The notes below the pieces were generated by a model. The model was not told the DNA's origin, made no database searches, and saw only the letters and a program-made list of their open reading frames with translations. A stretch of 64,000 bases of DNA. Source: Octopus bimaculoides (taxonomy: Eukaryota). Both the position numbers and the translations under genes were made by a program. The stretch covers positions 49,436,492 to 49,500,491 of the forward strand of contig NC_068981.1 of assembly GCF_001194135.2 (NCBI RefSeq), given 5' to 3'. Every line of letters begins with the position of its first letter. Within the stretch, counting starts at the first letter, position 1. Shown piece after piece: positions 24,373 through 38,213 of this stretch.

Positions 24373-27300
24373 TTAATAGACAAAAATATTATGCAAAAGT
24401 CAGAATGAGTATACGGGCTTAAAAATATCACATGGCAGAAGAAACATGACTTCGTAGATACTTAAACCAAGAATTATGAAGCATATGACAGTATATTATT
24501 AAGTGGGGAGTTCTTAATGGTTGACACCGAACCACAAAAGGAACTGTAAAATTTTCTTGGGTACTACTAGTATAATATTAAAAAATATAAGTTGAATTAT
24601 ATAATTATGATGGATATATGTGTATAACTGTTTCAGATATTAGACTGTATCTATATGGTATGAATCTTATTCTATCAAAATGTAAAAAATATATTTAGTA
24701 AATAAATTTCAATTTACTAAGCGATGAAATCACCTGTGTATTTTAGCAGCGATTTAGGAAATATATTTCCCAGTTGGATCAAAATAATTTCTTTCGAGAT
24801 AATAAAATGCAAATACTAATATATTTAAAATATATATCTCCAGACATTTTGGGGTAGTGGAGAGTGATATAAGCATTTCACAAGAGATTATAATATTTGT
24901 GTGTAATCTGATTACAAAATTGAAGCCGGATATTTGATATCATCGGTTAAAGACATCTCTAAACTAATGTGAAACTATCTGCGGGTGGACAGACTGAAAT
25001 TTAACTCTGTATTATTTCGGTTCCTTATTGAAACTATATGTCTGTGTATTACTGATCTATATTCTATCAAAATCGTAGGAACCAGCGGTGAAATATGGTA
25101 TTTCATTGTACCAGACGCCAATCAATGACATTAGGCTTGCAAAGTGCCAAGCATTCGATAGATGGGTACGATTCAATCGGTAGTGGTAATTTGATGATTC
25201 TTATAACTCGGTAGTGAGAAAACATGGGGTTAGAAGATAAACGACGAATAGATTAGGTACAAAAAGTCATTTATTGTTGATTATAGAGGGTTTTTTTTCC
25301 ATTTCAGTTAGTATCTATATTAAAGAAATGAAAAAGTAATCTTATATAGGCAAATCTAAGTAAGACAATACAGTCAATTTAGTGAACAGTACGCATCACA
25401 GACGTTTGTCGTAAGCAGAGACTTGTCACTGATGACCTTGAAATTTAAAATAAAAATAGTTAAATATGAGAAGTGGGTTAGAAAAGTTTATTTTTGCCCT
25501 TGAACTGCTCCTCTCATTTAATTCCTCTGTACATTTCAACCTGGAGAAACACTGTAAATTATATAACATTTGATCTGGATTTCCCCGTCTCTGACAATAC
25601 ATCATTCTCCATAGTTACAACAGTTCCTCCTACAATAAGTATACAGGTTCTAACCAAAACAATTAATATCAAATATTCGTTTTCTGTATTTATTGAAAGA
25701 CAGACTAATTATTATGAGAGAACTGAGTTGTTTCCTATCAGGAAATCCATACTCCTTGTCGAGAGACTCACGATGTTCCACCGTATTCCAGTGGTCGATC
25801 CGATGTGCGCTCTTGACATAATTATCACTGACATTATCACATAGCTATCCAGATTAAAATGAGACGTAAGAAATCAAAATATATCCGTTTTCATTCGAGA
25901 TAATAATGTTTCTAATATATATGAAAGTGCGTTTGAACTTAATACGCGCATATTCGTCATATCATCATCATCATCATCATGCTTATCAACAAAGATCGCA
26001 ACGATATCCGAATTATACCCATCATTTTATCGCCATTATTATAAGAACCATTTCTTATTTAAGCGTAATTAACCCGTTCTGCTCTGTCATCACCATGATA
26101 ACCATTATATTCCGACTAGGTTATCACTACATGAAATAAGAAGGCAAATTAACAGAGTCGTTAGTAGATTGGATAGAATGCTTAGCAGCATTTCAGCCAT
26201 CTTTACGTTCTGAGTTCAAATGCCACATCAAGGTGGAGAACCCTACCTCCCACAGGCCCACCCTGAGAAAAAGACTTTCTTCTGGTCCTGTCACTCAACC
26301 CCACAAAGGACTATGATTTGAAGGCTGACAGCGGTAGCAGCGACAACAGCAACAGCACCCTCAACAGAGTAGGAACTCGGGAAGCATGCAATATCACAGC
26401 AAAAATCAGTAGCAGTAATATTATCACTGCCAGCACCACCATCACCAGTAGTAGCACGAATTTAAGCGAGATAGATAGTGAAAACAGCAACAACAACAGC
26501 AACCCTGCCACCGCCATCATACACAGAAGCAAAGACACTACCACCAATACCATACCAAGTACAACCAGAAACAGCATTGTAACAAAAATGAGGACATGGT
26601 GAACAAGAAAATAGGGAAAATGTGCAACGACACCAAAGAAAGAACAATAAGTCCACCAATAAAAATAACATCTATAAAAAGTCCAACTCCACATCAAAAA
26701 GCTACGTGCTTAGTGCCAAAAAAATTAGATGTTTCCGCTAGGCCTGAAGGGGAAAAACAAGGAACTGGCTCAATCAAAAATAATTATTAAATGTATTAAA
26801 TTTGAATGGTAAGGTAGCAGTACGTGTGCCTCGTGAAATCACGGGAAATCAAGAAAATGAAATATTTATTTCCATATGTGTCTCACTAAGGAGAAGGAGA
26901 GTCGAACTGGTTACAATCACTCAAATGGAGAAAGCGCTGAAGGACATTTTGGGAGATTTGGGCCACAGGCAAATACGAAGGCAGTTTGCTGGTATCGAGT
27001 TCCTCCACAAAATTGAGAACCTCACGCGAAAACATTGGGTAGGACCTGTTGGAATGAGGAGTGGGTAATGTATCCAACATAACTCTCAAGAATAACTGCA
27101 AGGGTAAGGATATCGAGTGATACGCCTTGCGTGAACGTCTTGTGGACAGTGGCCTGTGTTGTACTAGAAGATAGGGTGACTCTCATAGATGACAAATGAA
27201 ATAGTAGAGAGAACTGTTCTGGCATAAATATAAAGGCACTGCTTCATGTGAAGCCCCAAAGCAGAAACAAAAATCCCAGTTCTTATACAGCTTCACAACG

Positions 27301-29534
27301 GGATTGAATTAGTTGTCTTAGAAAGCAGAAAGCTTAAATGCGAATTTGTGCGCAAACCACCTCAGAACAAGCAGATTCAGGCCATCCTTACTACCTACAT
27401 CACAGACTGCACATACTAACAAGAATGAATTTATACCATACTTGCAGCTCATCTTCAACAACAACAACAGTAAGAGAAACAGCCGGAACAACTAAATTAC
27501 CGTCAACTAGAATCACAAAAGCAACACCAACAATTTCACCAGTAGCTGTGAAATTTTAGTTTTACGTTGTTTTTGTCTCTTCGACTACTTCCCCTTCGTT
27601 GTCATCTGAGATCAGTGTTATAGTATAGTCTATCTCTGTTTTGTACTTTGTGCCTCCTTGTGTAAATAGGAAATAGATTACTTTTTTTTCATTTTGCTTT
27701 ATTACATACAGTAGTTGATAACTTTTTGTTTCTAAGTATTTTTCTACTCCAACTGTCGTTATTTCAAAGTAGATCTCTCTCCATGTCAGGCCGCTGACAG
27801 ATATATTTCGTCTGCATCTGCTTCGGGCTGTTGACTTCAGCATGCTGTTGATAGCTTCCTGGCTTTTCTCGCATCCTCAATGGTGGTGGTAGTGGTGGTG
27901 ATTTTAGAGGTGGTGGACGCAGTAGTGGTAATATTCTTTGTGAAAGAAGCAGTGCCCAACAGATTGGATTTAAATAACAGCCATGCTGCTATATATCTGT
28001 GTTTGCATATCTCTTCAGAAAATCTCAAAGACTACATATTTTCACACACAGCACACTCCATTCTACTACGCCAAAATGACCAACTTTCTACCAAAGCCAC
28101 ACATTCTACTCTTCTTAGCACACACTCCTTCCATAGAAGTGTCTTCTACCATAGCATATCCCCTCACCCGCTGTTTCCGCCGCCACGTTTTACCTTCCAC
28201 TCTCCTCTTTTACTTTTCTTTTATAGTTTTCTTCTGAAGAAGGGGTAGCTTAAGAACGCTTATGATTCTTTCCCTTCCTTATTGAATATTAAACTAATAT
28301 AATATTTGTTAAATATTTTTCCTTTATGCGTTATCTTTCTTCGTTTAGTTTTTGTTCATAGCATTTACAATAAACTGAGTACATAAGTTATCATTGCTTT
28401 GGTATCTTTTATTCATTTTTTCCTCTTCAATTCCAGCCGTATTCACCGTTTATACGTATATAATATTGCATTGTCATTCTGTTATCATCGTTATAATGGC
28501 TACAAATTTTATCATCATTTCTCCCACTAACGCACTCAATCCATCTATCATAACCACCATGACACCGACGTTTATAAACGCCATTACAGTTCTGGATTTT
28601 ATAGCAACATTTTGTAAGAGTAACACTGCAAACATCAATTATAATAAGATCGGTTGAGCTAAAACACTTTCTGCACAGGTCTTGTCAAAAAAGAATTTTG
28701 ATCTTTTGTAACTAATTATTATATTTCGCATGTATATTTTAGTGGTTATTATTCATACACAAAGCATTGTTTTAGAATTTCTCTGAGAGATTCAAATATT
28801 CTTGTAAAATTTCAGAAGCAATATTTCAACGAAGCTTTAAATTCCCATTTTGCACGTTTTATTATTTTTTTTTTTTTCTGCAGCAGTCGGATTGAAACTT
28901 GTTTTGCGTCATTGTGTTGTGGTTTTCAAGTCCACACTACTGGAAAATAAAATCGATTCTATACATGCATGTTGATATAATGTTAGTGTCGTCACATTTG
29001 TGCATTCATTGCATACGGAAAGAGGTATGCATTTCGGTGTTTAATTTACTTAATCTCAAAGACCTTAACGTTAGAGATTCTACAAGAAATAGCAGCCGGT
29101 CTTTCTCAAATGAAACTATGCCGTTTTGAAATTTTCAGCCACTCTGTAAAATGTAGTTTTTGATACATAATACGTGCCAGAAAGAAGGATTGATTCAGGC
29201 GGAAGCACGTTTGTACACGGAATTGAAGGTAGCTTACATAAAATGAACAACAATAAAAATTAAATCGGCATGAATTCAACATTTCTTGCAATGTTTATAT
29301 TACAGTAAAATTACGGAGCCCGTGGGCCAGACGACCCTGCGATATGGAGCAAAATATCAATCACACCGCTCATACTGTCTCAGAGAAGAATTATTACAAA
29401 CGGACTTCAAAATATCACAAGATACGATGTTCGTGAGAGGAAGGCTTCCGACGGCAAACTGAATCTTTAGGAATAACGTAGGACCAAAAGGAACAAATAA
29501 ATATATAACAATGATTGTGTGTTAAAAAATTTCC

Positions 29535-29745
29535 TTTCCAGCCACATGGTTTAGGGTTTTCACCCACTGAGTGGTTTTCATCGACGGTAAAATGTATAGA
29601 ACCCGTCGTGTGTGTTTACTTTCCACCACTGTTTGAGAGCCAGTATTGGTTTGCTTACAACCCCATAATCTAGCTGTTCCACAATAGAACCCAATAAAAT
29701 GAGTGCGAGGCCTTAAAAATAAGTACTAGGGTTGGCTTGTTCTAT
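29535..29745 (+). mobile_element. SINE family A, internally deleted degenerate copy
   Basis: ccacatggtttagggtt...gagtggttttcatcgacgg...cccgtcgt...aaaaataagtactagggtt matches family A segments. Confidence 0.5.
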
Positions 29746-30312
29746 GAAATTCTTAAATTTAGTCCCCGAACATAGTCAGTGTCCATTGCCTAAAACAAAT
29801 AAAAGAAGTTAAAATTTAGAAAATGTCGAAAACTTTTAATCATGATGGTGTGTTTCTTTTTCCATGTAGTGTTTATTATAGAACTACATGTACAAAGAAA
29901 ATCCCTTCCTTCCAAGGACATGAATTAGTGTTCAGAAAATTTTACATCTATAAAGCCATTATCAAATTAAACTGAATATTTTACGGCACTTATTGATAAT
30001 AACATTGTACATCTTATTGTACAAGAAACTCACATTATAGTCTTGTATTTATTTAAAGTGCAATTAAGTGTAAAATGGTGTTTATAAAATCTCGTGTAAA
30101 TTTTACCTATTTGCCACACGCTTTCATGTAACACTTTCCCGCCATTTAAGGGTTGCTATTTCACTTAATAGAAGTAGTCATATTACATATCAACATCAAA
30201 CAATGAACCTGTTACATATTATATTATTAAGAAAAATCAAATTAATATCTTAAAATGTTTTACAAACGAAAAATATGAAATTATGTGTGATATGATTAAC
30301 ATAGTATAAATT

Positions 30313-30527
30313 TTGGTTTCAAATTTTGGCACAAGACCAGCAATTTTGGAGGAAGGGATAACTCGATTAGATCAACCCCACTTTTCAGCTGGTATTTATT
30401 GTATCGCATCGAAAGTATAAAATGCAAAGTCTATCTCATCGAAATTTGATCTTGGAACGTAAAGATGGACGAAACACCGCTAAGCATTTTGCCCGGCCTG
30501 ATAACTATTCTGCCTACTGGCCGCCTT
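30313..30527 (-). mobile_element. SINE family B
   Basis: Same core as 24158 and 62525; the minus strand begins GGCGGCCAG...GGGCAAAATGCTTAGCGG. Confidence 0.75.
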
Positions 30528-31429
30528 CAACTTAGTATAAATATGAAGATTAGCTGTGTAATTTCTTCTTAGTAATGAATGAATCATAATTATTTGTTGT
30601 AGCAACTGACAAATGGCACTGACGCAGACGAGACACGAAAAAGTGAACTTTGCTTATATACGAATCGAATAGTCAAGTCTTTGTAGCTTTTCAAATGCAA
30701 CATGAAATTAAATATAAATCAAATAAACTGTAATATCATTCTGTTACGGTTAACATGTGTAACGATTCAACGATTGGTCGATATCGAATATATAATCGCA
30801 TGTGAATTATATTACGCAAGGCAAATGAATGAAAACCTATTCAGGGATATCGAAGACAAACACCTCTCATTTTTATTTTGTTTTGTGACATACATAATTA
30901 AAGATTGCTCTAATATAGTACAAGTTTTTGTTTTGTATTTTTTGAGATCGACAGGAATGCAATTAACCCAATCAAATGTGAGTTATTAATTATCCAGTAT
31001 AACAACAGAATCTTACATCATGCCACAAGCATTTTATATCAATTGTGGTTACTTCCAATTTTAAGGTAATCACCGACGAGGTCATCATATATACATGTAC
31101 ATATACAAAAATGCGTAAGCAGAAACTTATATATTGACGTCATAAAAGTTTAAAATTTCTAGAATGAGAAATAATTAATTTTAGAAACAATGAATACCGA
31201 ATTAAAGGAAGATATTGTTTATTTATTATTCACAAAGCTATCATTTGCAGCTCTGTTTCCATCGCGATTAGGTGATTCTAAAGAGAAGTACCAGGGTCAC
31301 AATCGGTTAATGCGCCGTACTTAAAGACAGTAACTTCCTAGTGTTAATTCATACGTTTCAAGAAATTCGGAGGTTGAAAATTCAAGCTGCAACCGAGGAA
31401 ACCAGTATTATTTGTTTTACTATTGTATT

Positions 31430-31692
31430 GGCGCAGGTGTGACTGTGAGATAAAATATTGATTCTCAACCACAAGGTTTCAAGTTTAGATCATTGCACGT
31501 CACTTTGGATCAACCAAATCCTTGTGAGTTGATTTGGTAGACTGAAACTGAAAGAATCTCACCGTATGTGTGTGTATATGTGTGTTTGTGTGTGTGTGTG
31601 TGTGTGCATGTGTGTGTGTGTGTGTGTGTGCGTGTGTGCGCGCGTCTTTGTGTTTGTCTCCCACCACCGCTTGACAATTGGTGTTGATGTGA
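31430..31692 (+). mobile_element. SINE family A with internal (TG)n
   Basis: ggcgcaggtgtgactgtg head; ccttgtgagttgatttggtagactgaaactgaaagaa core; cgcttgacaa. Confidence 0.75.
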
Positions 31693-32452
31693 TATCATCT
31701 CTGAAAACGAGGCTGTGAAACATATATGCACAGGGGTCAATTCTATTTACTAGAAATTCAGGAAAGTTATGCCACAGCATAACAGCCCAATGACTGACAC
31801 ATGTAAAAGTTTTTTTAAAAAATGTATACACACAAAAACACACACACACCCACGCACGTTCATCTACGTGTACATAAGTGCCTTTGGGAATGATTGTTAA
31901 AATGAAAGGCCAGCTTGCTGCTAGCCCAGTCGAATTGATTTCTCTCTGACATGAATTATTGGGTAATGGAGCATAATGAAATATGTTAAAGATTTTTTTA
32001 AAATAAATACTTTCATATTAAAATATCTGTTTCGAAGACGATAACATGAATACCAGTTTAACATTGGAATAGATGTGATTGACTTAAACATTCGACCATA
32101 ATTCCTGACAATGTGTCAAAATTTCAAACCAATATTTTCTTATTAAAATTCTAATCCTTGCCAACATTTGAGGATCTTCCTTTTACTGTTGTTTTGGCAT
32201 GTTGAAATTTCGTTGGGGATTATTTAACATATATTTTACATCCATAAGTAATTGCACTTGCGCAAAGGAATCTTTTTGATCTGGAGTAAATTTCATTTCC
32301 ATAGATATTGCGAATGGCAGTTACGACTCCTTTTACTTATTTCAAAATGTGTGTATGCCATTCATGCGATATTCGTATCTCTATCTTTCTCTTTCTATTT
32401 CCTTCCTTCTTTATTTCTCTCTTCATCCATCTTTCCTTTTTGTCTGTGTACA

Positions 32453-32497
<45 letters not shown>

Positions 32498-33221
32498 TTT
32501 CACATACATATAAACAGTAAGAGAGACGTGCGAGAAAAATTGAGATACATGGAGAAAGGAACATGAATGAGAGAAATCAAGACAATATAATGCTCTATAC
32601 ATTATATAGGTGCGATGAATCAAGGCTGAGACGTTTATATACAAATGTAACGCAAAAGTTACGTTTTCTTCAGTATATAAAATTATATTAAGAATATATT
32701 ACACGTAAGAAATGCATACAATAGTTTAATAAGCTAAATCAATTGGGAAATTAATTTTAATTATGTATAGCCAGTTGGCTACTCTGCACAGCAATAAAAT
32801 TGCTATCTCATATAATATGAAACTATTCATAAACGCTTTTGATCTCTGGTGTAAATATGATTCGCTGAATCGTTTGATATAGTGGTGAACTTGCGTCAAT
32901 TAAAAGTCAAATTTAACGCAGAGTTAGTAAATCTACGAATATATTCATGTACTCAGCAAAGTCAGCTTGATGAAAGGAAATTTTAAATTGGAAATTACAA
33001 AGTTAATCAATGTTTTCTTTATAATGTAACTTCGAAAAATGGCTGGTTTCATCTTTCCTATAAAGGCCTGATATACACACATGCCAACTTGCATATTATA
33101 TGAGTAAGAACTTGTACATAACCAAAAACGTATATTTGCGCACACTCATAAAGTATCTACATAGGTACGTAAACACACACACATATGTATGTATGTATGT
33201 TTGTATGTATGTATGTATGTA

Positions 33222-33258
<37 letters not shown>

Positions 33259-33657
33259 ATATGTATATGTATATGTATATACAAGTAGGCATAAAGGCGT
33301 ACACATATTTTATGTATTATGTACATAAATGTGTGTGTATGTGTGTGTGCGTGTGTGTGTGTCTATGGATACATCCATACATAAGTAACTGAAGTGATAT
33401 ATTTAGCTAGAGATCTCAAAGAAAGTCGTTGATCCAAATGATTTCAGAAGAATGTGGAAGAAACATTGACAACTTTTCTAGAAGCTATTCAACAAAAGTA
33501 TAAGAGATTCCCCGAATATCATTGCTTCCAGTGAAATTCTCATACATGGGAATTAAGCGTGTAAATAGAAAATTAAAGAGATTGCTAAACAGAAAATGCT
33601 GATATACTGCGAGATTATATAGAACTTACTTATCATATATGAACACTCATACATAGA

Positions 33658-33713
<56 letters not shown>

Positions 33714-33723
33714 TTCTAATATA

Positions 33724-34010
33724 TCTTCGGGCCGACCAAATCCATGTGAGTGGATTTGGTAGACGGAAACTGAAAGAAAACCGTCGTATATATATTTGTG
33801 TGTGTGTGTTTGTCCCTCCACTATCGCTCGACAACTAATGTTGGTGTATTTACATCCCCGTACTTAGCGTTTCGGCAAATGGGATCGATTGAATAAGTGC
33901 TAGGCTTACGAAAAATAAGTCCTCGAGTCGATTTTTTCAACTAAAAGTGGTGCTCTAGCATAGCCGCACTCAAATGACTGAAACAAATAAATGAATACAA
34001 GAATAAAAGA
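33724..34010 (+). mobile_element. SINE family A, 3' two-thirds with A-rich tail
   Basis: gggccgaccaaatccatgtgagtggatttggtagacggaaactgaaagaa...gtggtgctctagcatagccgcactcaaatgactgaaacaaataaa. Confidence 0.85.
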
Positions 34011-34011
34011 A

Positions 34012-34205
34012 TATGCCATAAGGTCTGCAAATCTAACGGAGGCCAAAAAAGACAAAGATCAGAACTTACCTGCAGGTCTTGGTGGTTCAATTCGGGCAAT
34101 CAATGTGGTGTCATTTCAATACCTTGTCAGATGCCATGATAGTTCTAAAGTGTAAGTACAGGAGGTTCTCAGACTCTGCATAACGAGTAGACAACCACAA
34201 TATAT
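34012..34205 (+). mobile_element. RTE-like zinc-finger LINE 3' end (copy 3)
   Basis: tatgccataaggtctgcaaatctaacggaggcc...aaagatcagaac...gtgtaagtaca matches 18470-18657. gaggttctcagactctgcataacgagtagacaaccac matches the reverse complement of 10250-10290. Confidence 0.75.
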
Positions 34206-34702
34206 ATATGGGTATAAAGTGGGAATAGGTTCGCGTGACAGTTAACCAAGTTAATAATGATAATTTACATTTTGTATGGATATAAACAATAAACAGCTAC
34301 TTAATTTGCCGTATGAGTGTATGTACGGCAAATCACGTAGGTGCGTATGCTTATATCTCTGTGAATGTTTATACGTACGCAATGCAACTAAAACGAGGCG
34401 GTTTGTATATTCATATCTGTTAACGTTTGTATGCAATACTTTATTCTGTGTATGATGTATTCGTTATTTTTTGCATTAGTTATTTATTTTTTGATCTTAT
34501 AAAAATGAAGCAGAATAGTCGTTATTTTACGGGACATATTTTGTAATCATTTCAAGGAAGACATCTCCTCCGCTGGATACTTGTATACCAGTTGTTAGGT
34601 ATCCAAGCCGTGAAAGATCGATGCTACATGGGTCGAAACAATTCTAGTGATTTATAAATATCTTCATATCTTCCATCCACCGTCTCTCTCATTATTGATA
34701 TA

Positions 34703-34710
<8 letters not shown>

Positions 34711-34767
<57 letters not shown>

Positions 34768-34783
34768 TAATAATAATAATAAT
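34711..34783. repeat. (AAT)n microsatellite
   Basis: Direct reading. Confidence 0.95.
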
Positions 34784-34924
34784 ATATATATATAATTAGC
34801 ATATATTTTGACTTTAGCAATAATTTCCCATTCTGTTTGAGGGTTGTTTATTCCACCTTCATTCACTACTCATATCATATTTGTCAAGAATGTTGCACGT
34901 TTCATTTTTTTTTTTTATTTCTGT

Positions 34925-35345
34925 CTCTGATTGGTGCTAAGTATTATGTATACCTTTTCACGAGTGAGTTGACCGTCATTCCTATATACGTCTTTGCTAC
35001 TCCGCTGGGGACCGTGATATTTTCCTTGTATAAGACTTCTTGCTCGATAGAGTTGTTGTTTAGAGGACAGCGGTTTAGGCATCTGCAGTTGCATTGCATT
35101 TCAGGGTGATTCTGGTGCGTTTATAGTGATTGAATATTATTGACTCTATATTGGGGAGGCAACTATTGTTAAATAACAGCATTTCTTTCGTAAATTTTTT
35201 AGTATGTGAGTAAGTGTGGAAAGTGTTCGTCTATCAGTTTTAAGAATTTTCTAGCTATTTTAGTTGCTACATCCATGCTATATAGTGGTTTAAACCATAA
35301 GTTTTCTGTCTGTCTGCGTCTTCCAAGTCTATTTATATTTGGTTC
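34925..35345 (-). mobile_element. PLE linker plus GIY-YIG fragment (lineage associated with LYRDD-type RT)
   Basis: Minus frames ENLWFKPLYSMDVATKIARKFLKLIDEHFP, SCLPNIESII, CNCRCLNRCPLNN, EVLYK and KTYIGMT match the PLE pattern WFNPPYSxNVATNIGxKFL...CNCR..CPL...YIG. Confidence 0.75.
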
Positions 35346-37325
35346 AATGTAGTATATTCCATATATACATATATATATATATATGTGTGTGTGTGTGTAT
35401 GCGTGTGCGTGTGTGTGAGTGTATGTGCGTGTATGTATATGTGTGTGTGTTTGTGTGTGTGTGTGCGCGTTTGTTTCTACGCGCGCGTAAGTGCATATAG
35501 CTTCTCAACACACCTAGTCCGAGACATGGACACATCTTTAAAACAATCCTTGTTATGATTATATTTGTACATATATATTAACATTTTAATAAATTTCATT
35601 AAAGAAATGCAAATTTGGTTCGTATTATCCAATGTAAATTCTTCTAAAAATTCATGCGATACCCCGCTCCCCATTCAGTTTGCAATGTCTGCCAATGAAT
35701 ATTTGGAGTTTTAGACTAATCCTTATTATAATCCTTAGCACACCGGGTAAAATGCTGAACAACATTATGCCCGTTATTACGTTCAGAGTCCAAATTCCAC
35801 TGAGGTCGTATTTGCCTTCCCTCTGTTCAGGGTCGATAAAATAAATGCCAATTTAAGACTGAGAGTCACTGTAATCGATTTGTTCCTTTTCCAAAATTTG
35901 AAACCGATATTATCGCTCATGCAAGCAATTATTCTTCCCTGTGTTAAGAAGTAGGAAACCCAATATTTCAATGTAATCATAGAAACTACCGTTTACCGAT
36001 ATTTCGGATGTGGTCCATATATTAAATATATTTGCAAATTGAATAAAATCGAAGAAAATGTTGTTTTACGGAAATGAGAGGTTCGTTGCGTAACGTCACT
36101 TGAGGAAGTATGGCTGAAATAACTTCGAATTAAAATATTGGTCTTTCTAAATAATAGATCAACAAGTTGCAATGAATAGAAATTTGAAATTAATTAACTT
36201 TTTAGTTGCAACCTTATACTTAATGTCAAATGTCAACGGAATCATAACCTCAACATATACTCAAGAAGAGATGTGAAACATCCGTTCCTGATGATAAATA
36301 TCACCCGACATACAATTACCTGATATATGTCTTACTATATTACAGCTAACACTATTTTTAGAGTCATTGTTTAATGTCGATATGTTGAAGTTGTTTTACA
36401 AAATATTGTAACGACACGCTGAAATAAATAGCGCGATCGAATACAAATTGTAAAATCAGCAGTCTAAAATATATCTTAGGTTCAGTCCTCATACTTCAAG
36501 TAAAGCACAAATATAGGAAGTACTTAAAAAGAAATTTTCCTGATTCACATATATACCACAAAAGACTATGTAAGTGAATTTGATATTAAACGCTTTGCTA
36601 ATCAAAAAGAGTCTATTCTTTCCTTGAAGTGGGAGTAAAAGCTTAAAGAAAGAAAAGTCATGCATTTTGAAGGGACTTGAAAGTAGAAGTATTAAAGGAA
36701 AATTCAATGTTGAATTAAAGTGAAATACCGAACATTATTTTGAATTCAAATCATTTCAATTTGTAGCCACGTGTTTATGCTTTTAATCTACCAAACGAAT
36801 TAAGGAAGAAAAGAACAATAGAAAGTATTTAAATGTAACCTTGAATATCAATGGAATTACATTTATTTGCTACTTACCCATGCCTTCTAGAAACAAATAG
36901 GATCCTACTAATCAAATATATGTGAAACTAAATAATAACGTGACGAAATACTGAATAGATAAGAGAATCAAATAGAGTGAGAATGATAAAAGATTAGTGA
37001 AATAAATGGTGGTGATACAAACTAAATAAATGAAAAAATTAATGAGGTAGCATTTGATAAAATAAAATCCACGCATGAGGCAATTTTATAAATATAAATA
37101 AATTCAATCCGTAGTCGTGAATAAATGAAGGAAATGAATATGCGTGGCAAAACTTTGAAGAAAAACTATAAACTTCAAAACCAGAGGTAAAAATCGCAAC
37201 ACGTAAAATAAAATCATTAAGATATTTATGAGTGTATTTACCATTCATATAAATAGGTGTGTGTCAATTTTGTTCTTGGTTCTATGCATTTGTTCATGGT
37301 TGAACATATGTATATGAGTATTGAA

Positions 37326-37359
<34 letters not shown>

Positions 37360-38151
37360 CGTGTGTGTGTGTGTGTGTGTGTGTGGAAGTTTGTCTATGT
37401 GTGTGGGCGAGGTGCAGCACTTGAAAACGAAGACCTGGCATAACGTTAGTGGAAATAAAAATAACGTCCACACTAACTCGAATGAAGTGCAGGGACATAA
37501 AAAGACCCAAACTATGAAAAATAGATGCTATAAAATTACTTTTTGACAGAGGACTTCTGATTATAACAAGCAGAACAGCATTATGCGATGCACCACATTG
37601 CTATAATAGGTTATTTTTACATACAGATTCGTGGTGTTTGTCACTGAGAGAAGATAAAGGATCAGGGAAATGTCTAGTTATATATGTTCAAATTCCACTG
37701 CCTTGTGTTAGCAACTGCAGTCGCTCCCTACGTGTCGGTGTAACACATTTCCAAATGTTACTGTAGGCAACCCACAGTCCGTCGGATGATGTGACGGCGT
37801 TATGTACACTGCTATAACAGCCACTCTCCAAATGTTGCCAGTTGTTGACGTAGGCGACTCTGTTCCTTGGTTATTGCAGCGTATAGCCACGTGTAGGTGG
37901 TAGTGGTTTCGTATATAATGGTGTTTGTCACTGTCACCGTGATGGTTTCATAGGAGCCACCGTCTCAACTCTGATCAACTGTTAATTTTAGGGTTGAGGC
38001 GCACCTTAATTCGTGTGTGGATCGGTCGTACTGCACTTACGATGTAGCAGTTGTGGCATTTGGAGCATTGTATTTAGTACGTGGGCACATAGTAGTGTCG
38101 CGAATTGGACAGTTCGTTAGAGTTCTGGGCTATTGCACTGCGATTGACCAT

Positions 38152-38213
38152 CTTTACATAGGGACACAGTCCTTTACATAGGGATACAGTCTCTTTACAT
38201 ACGGACACAGTCC
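38152..38213. repeat. Three-copy ~20-22 bp minisatellite (ctttacatagggacacagtc)
   Basis: Direct reading, with 1-2 substitutions between units. Confidence 0.85.

Noticed and set aside
25429-25455. CTGATGA-CCTT-GAAA as a minimal hammerhead
   Set aside because: No stem II pair and no stem I complementarity.
28225-28262. CTGAAGAAGGG...GAACG as a hammerhead
   Set aside because: GAAA is incomplete and the stems are absent; at most a decayed pseudo-LTR remnant.
34072-34146. Minus-strand exon with a perfect CAG/GTAAGT donor
   Set aside because: Stops in all frames, and it lies within the RTE copy 3 remnant.
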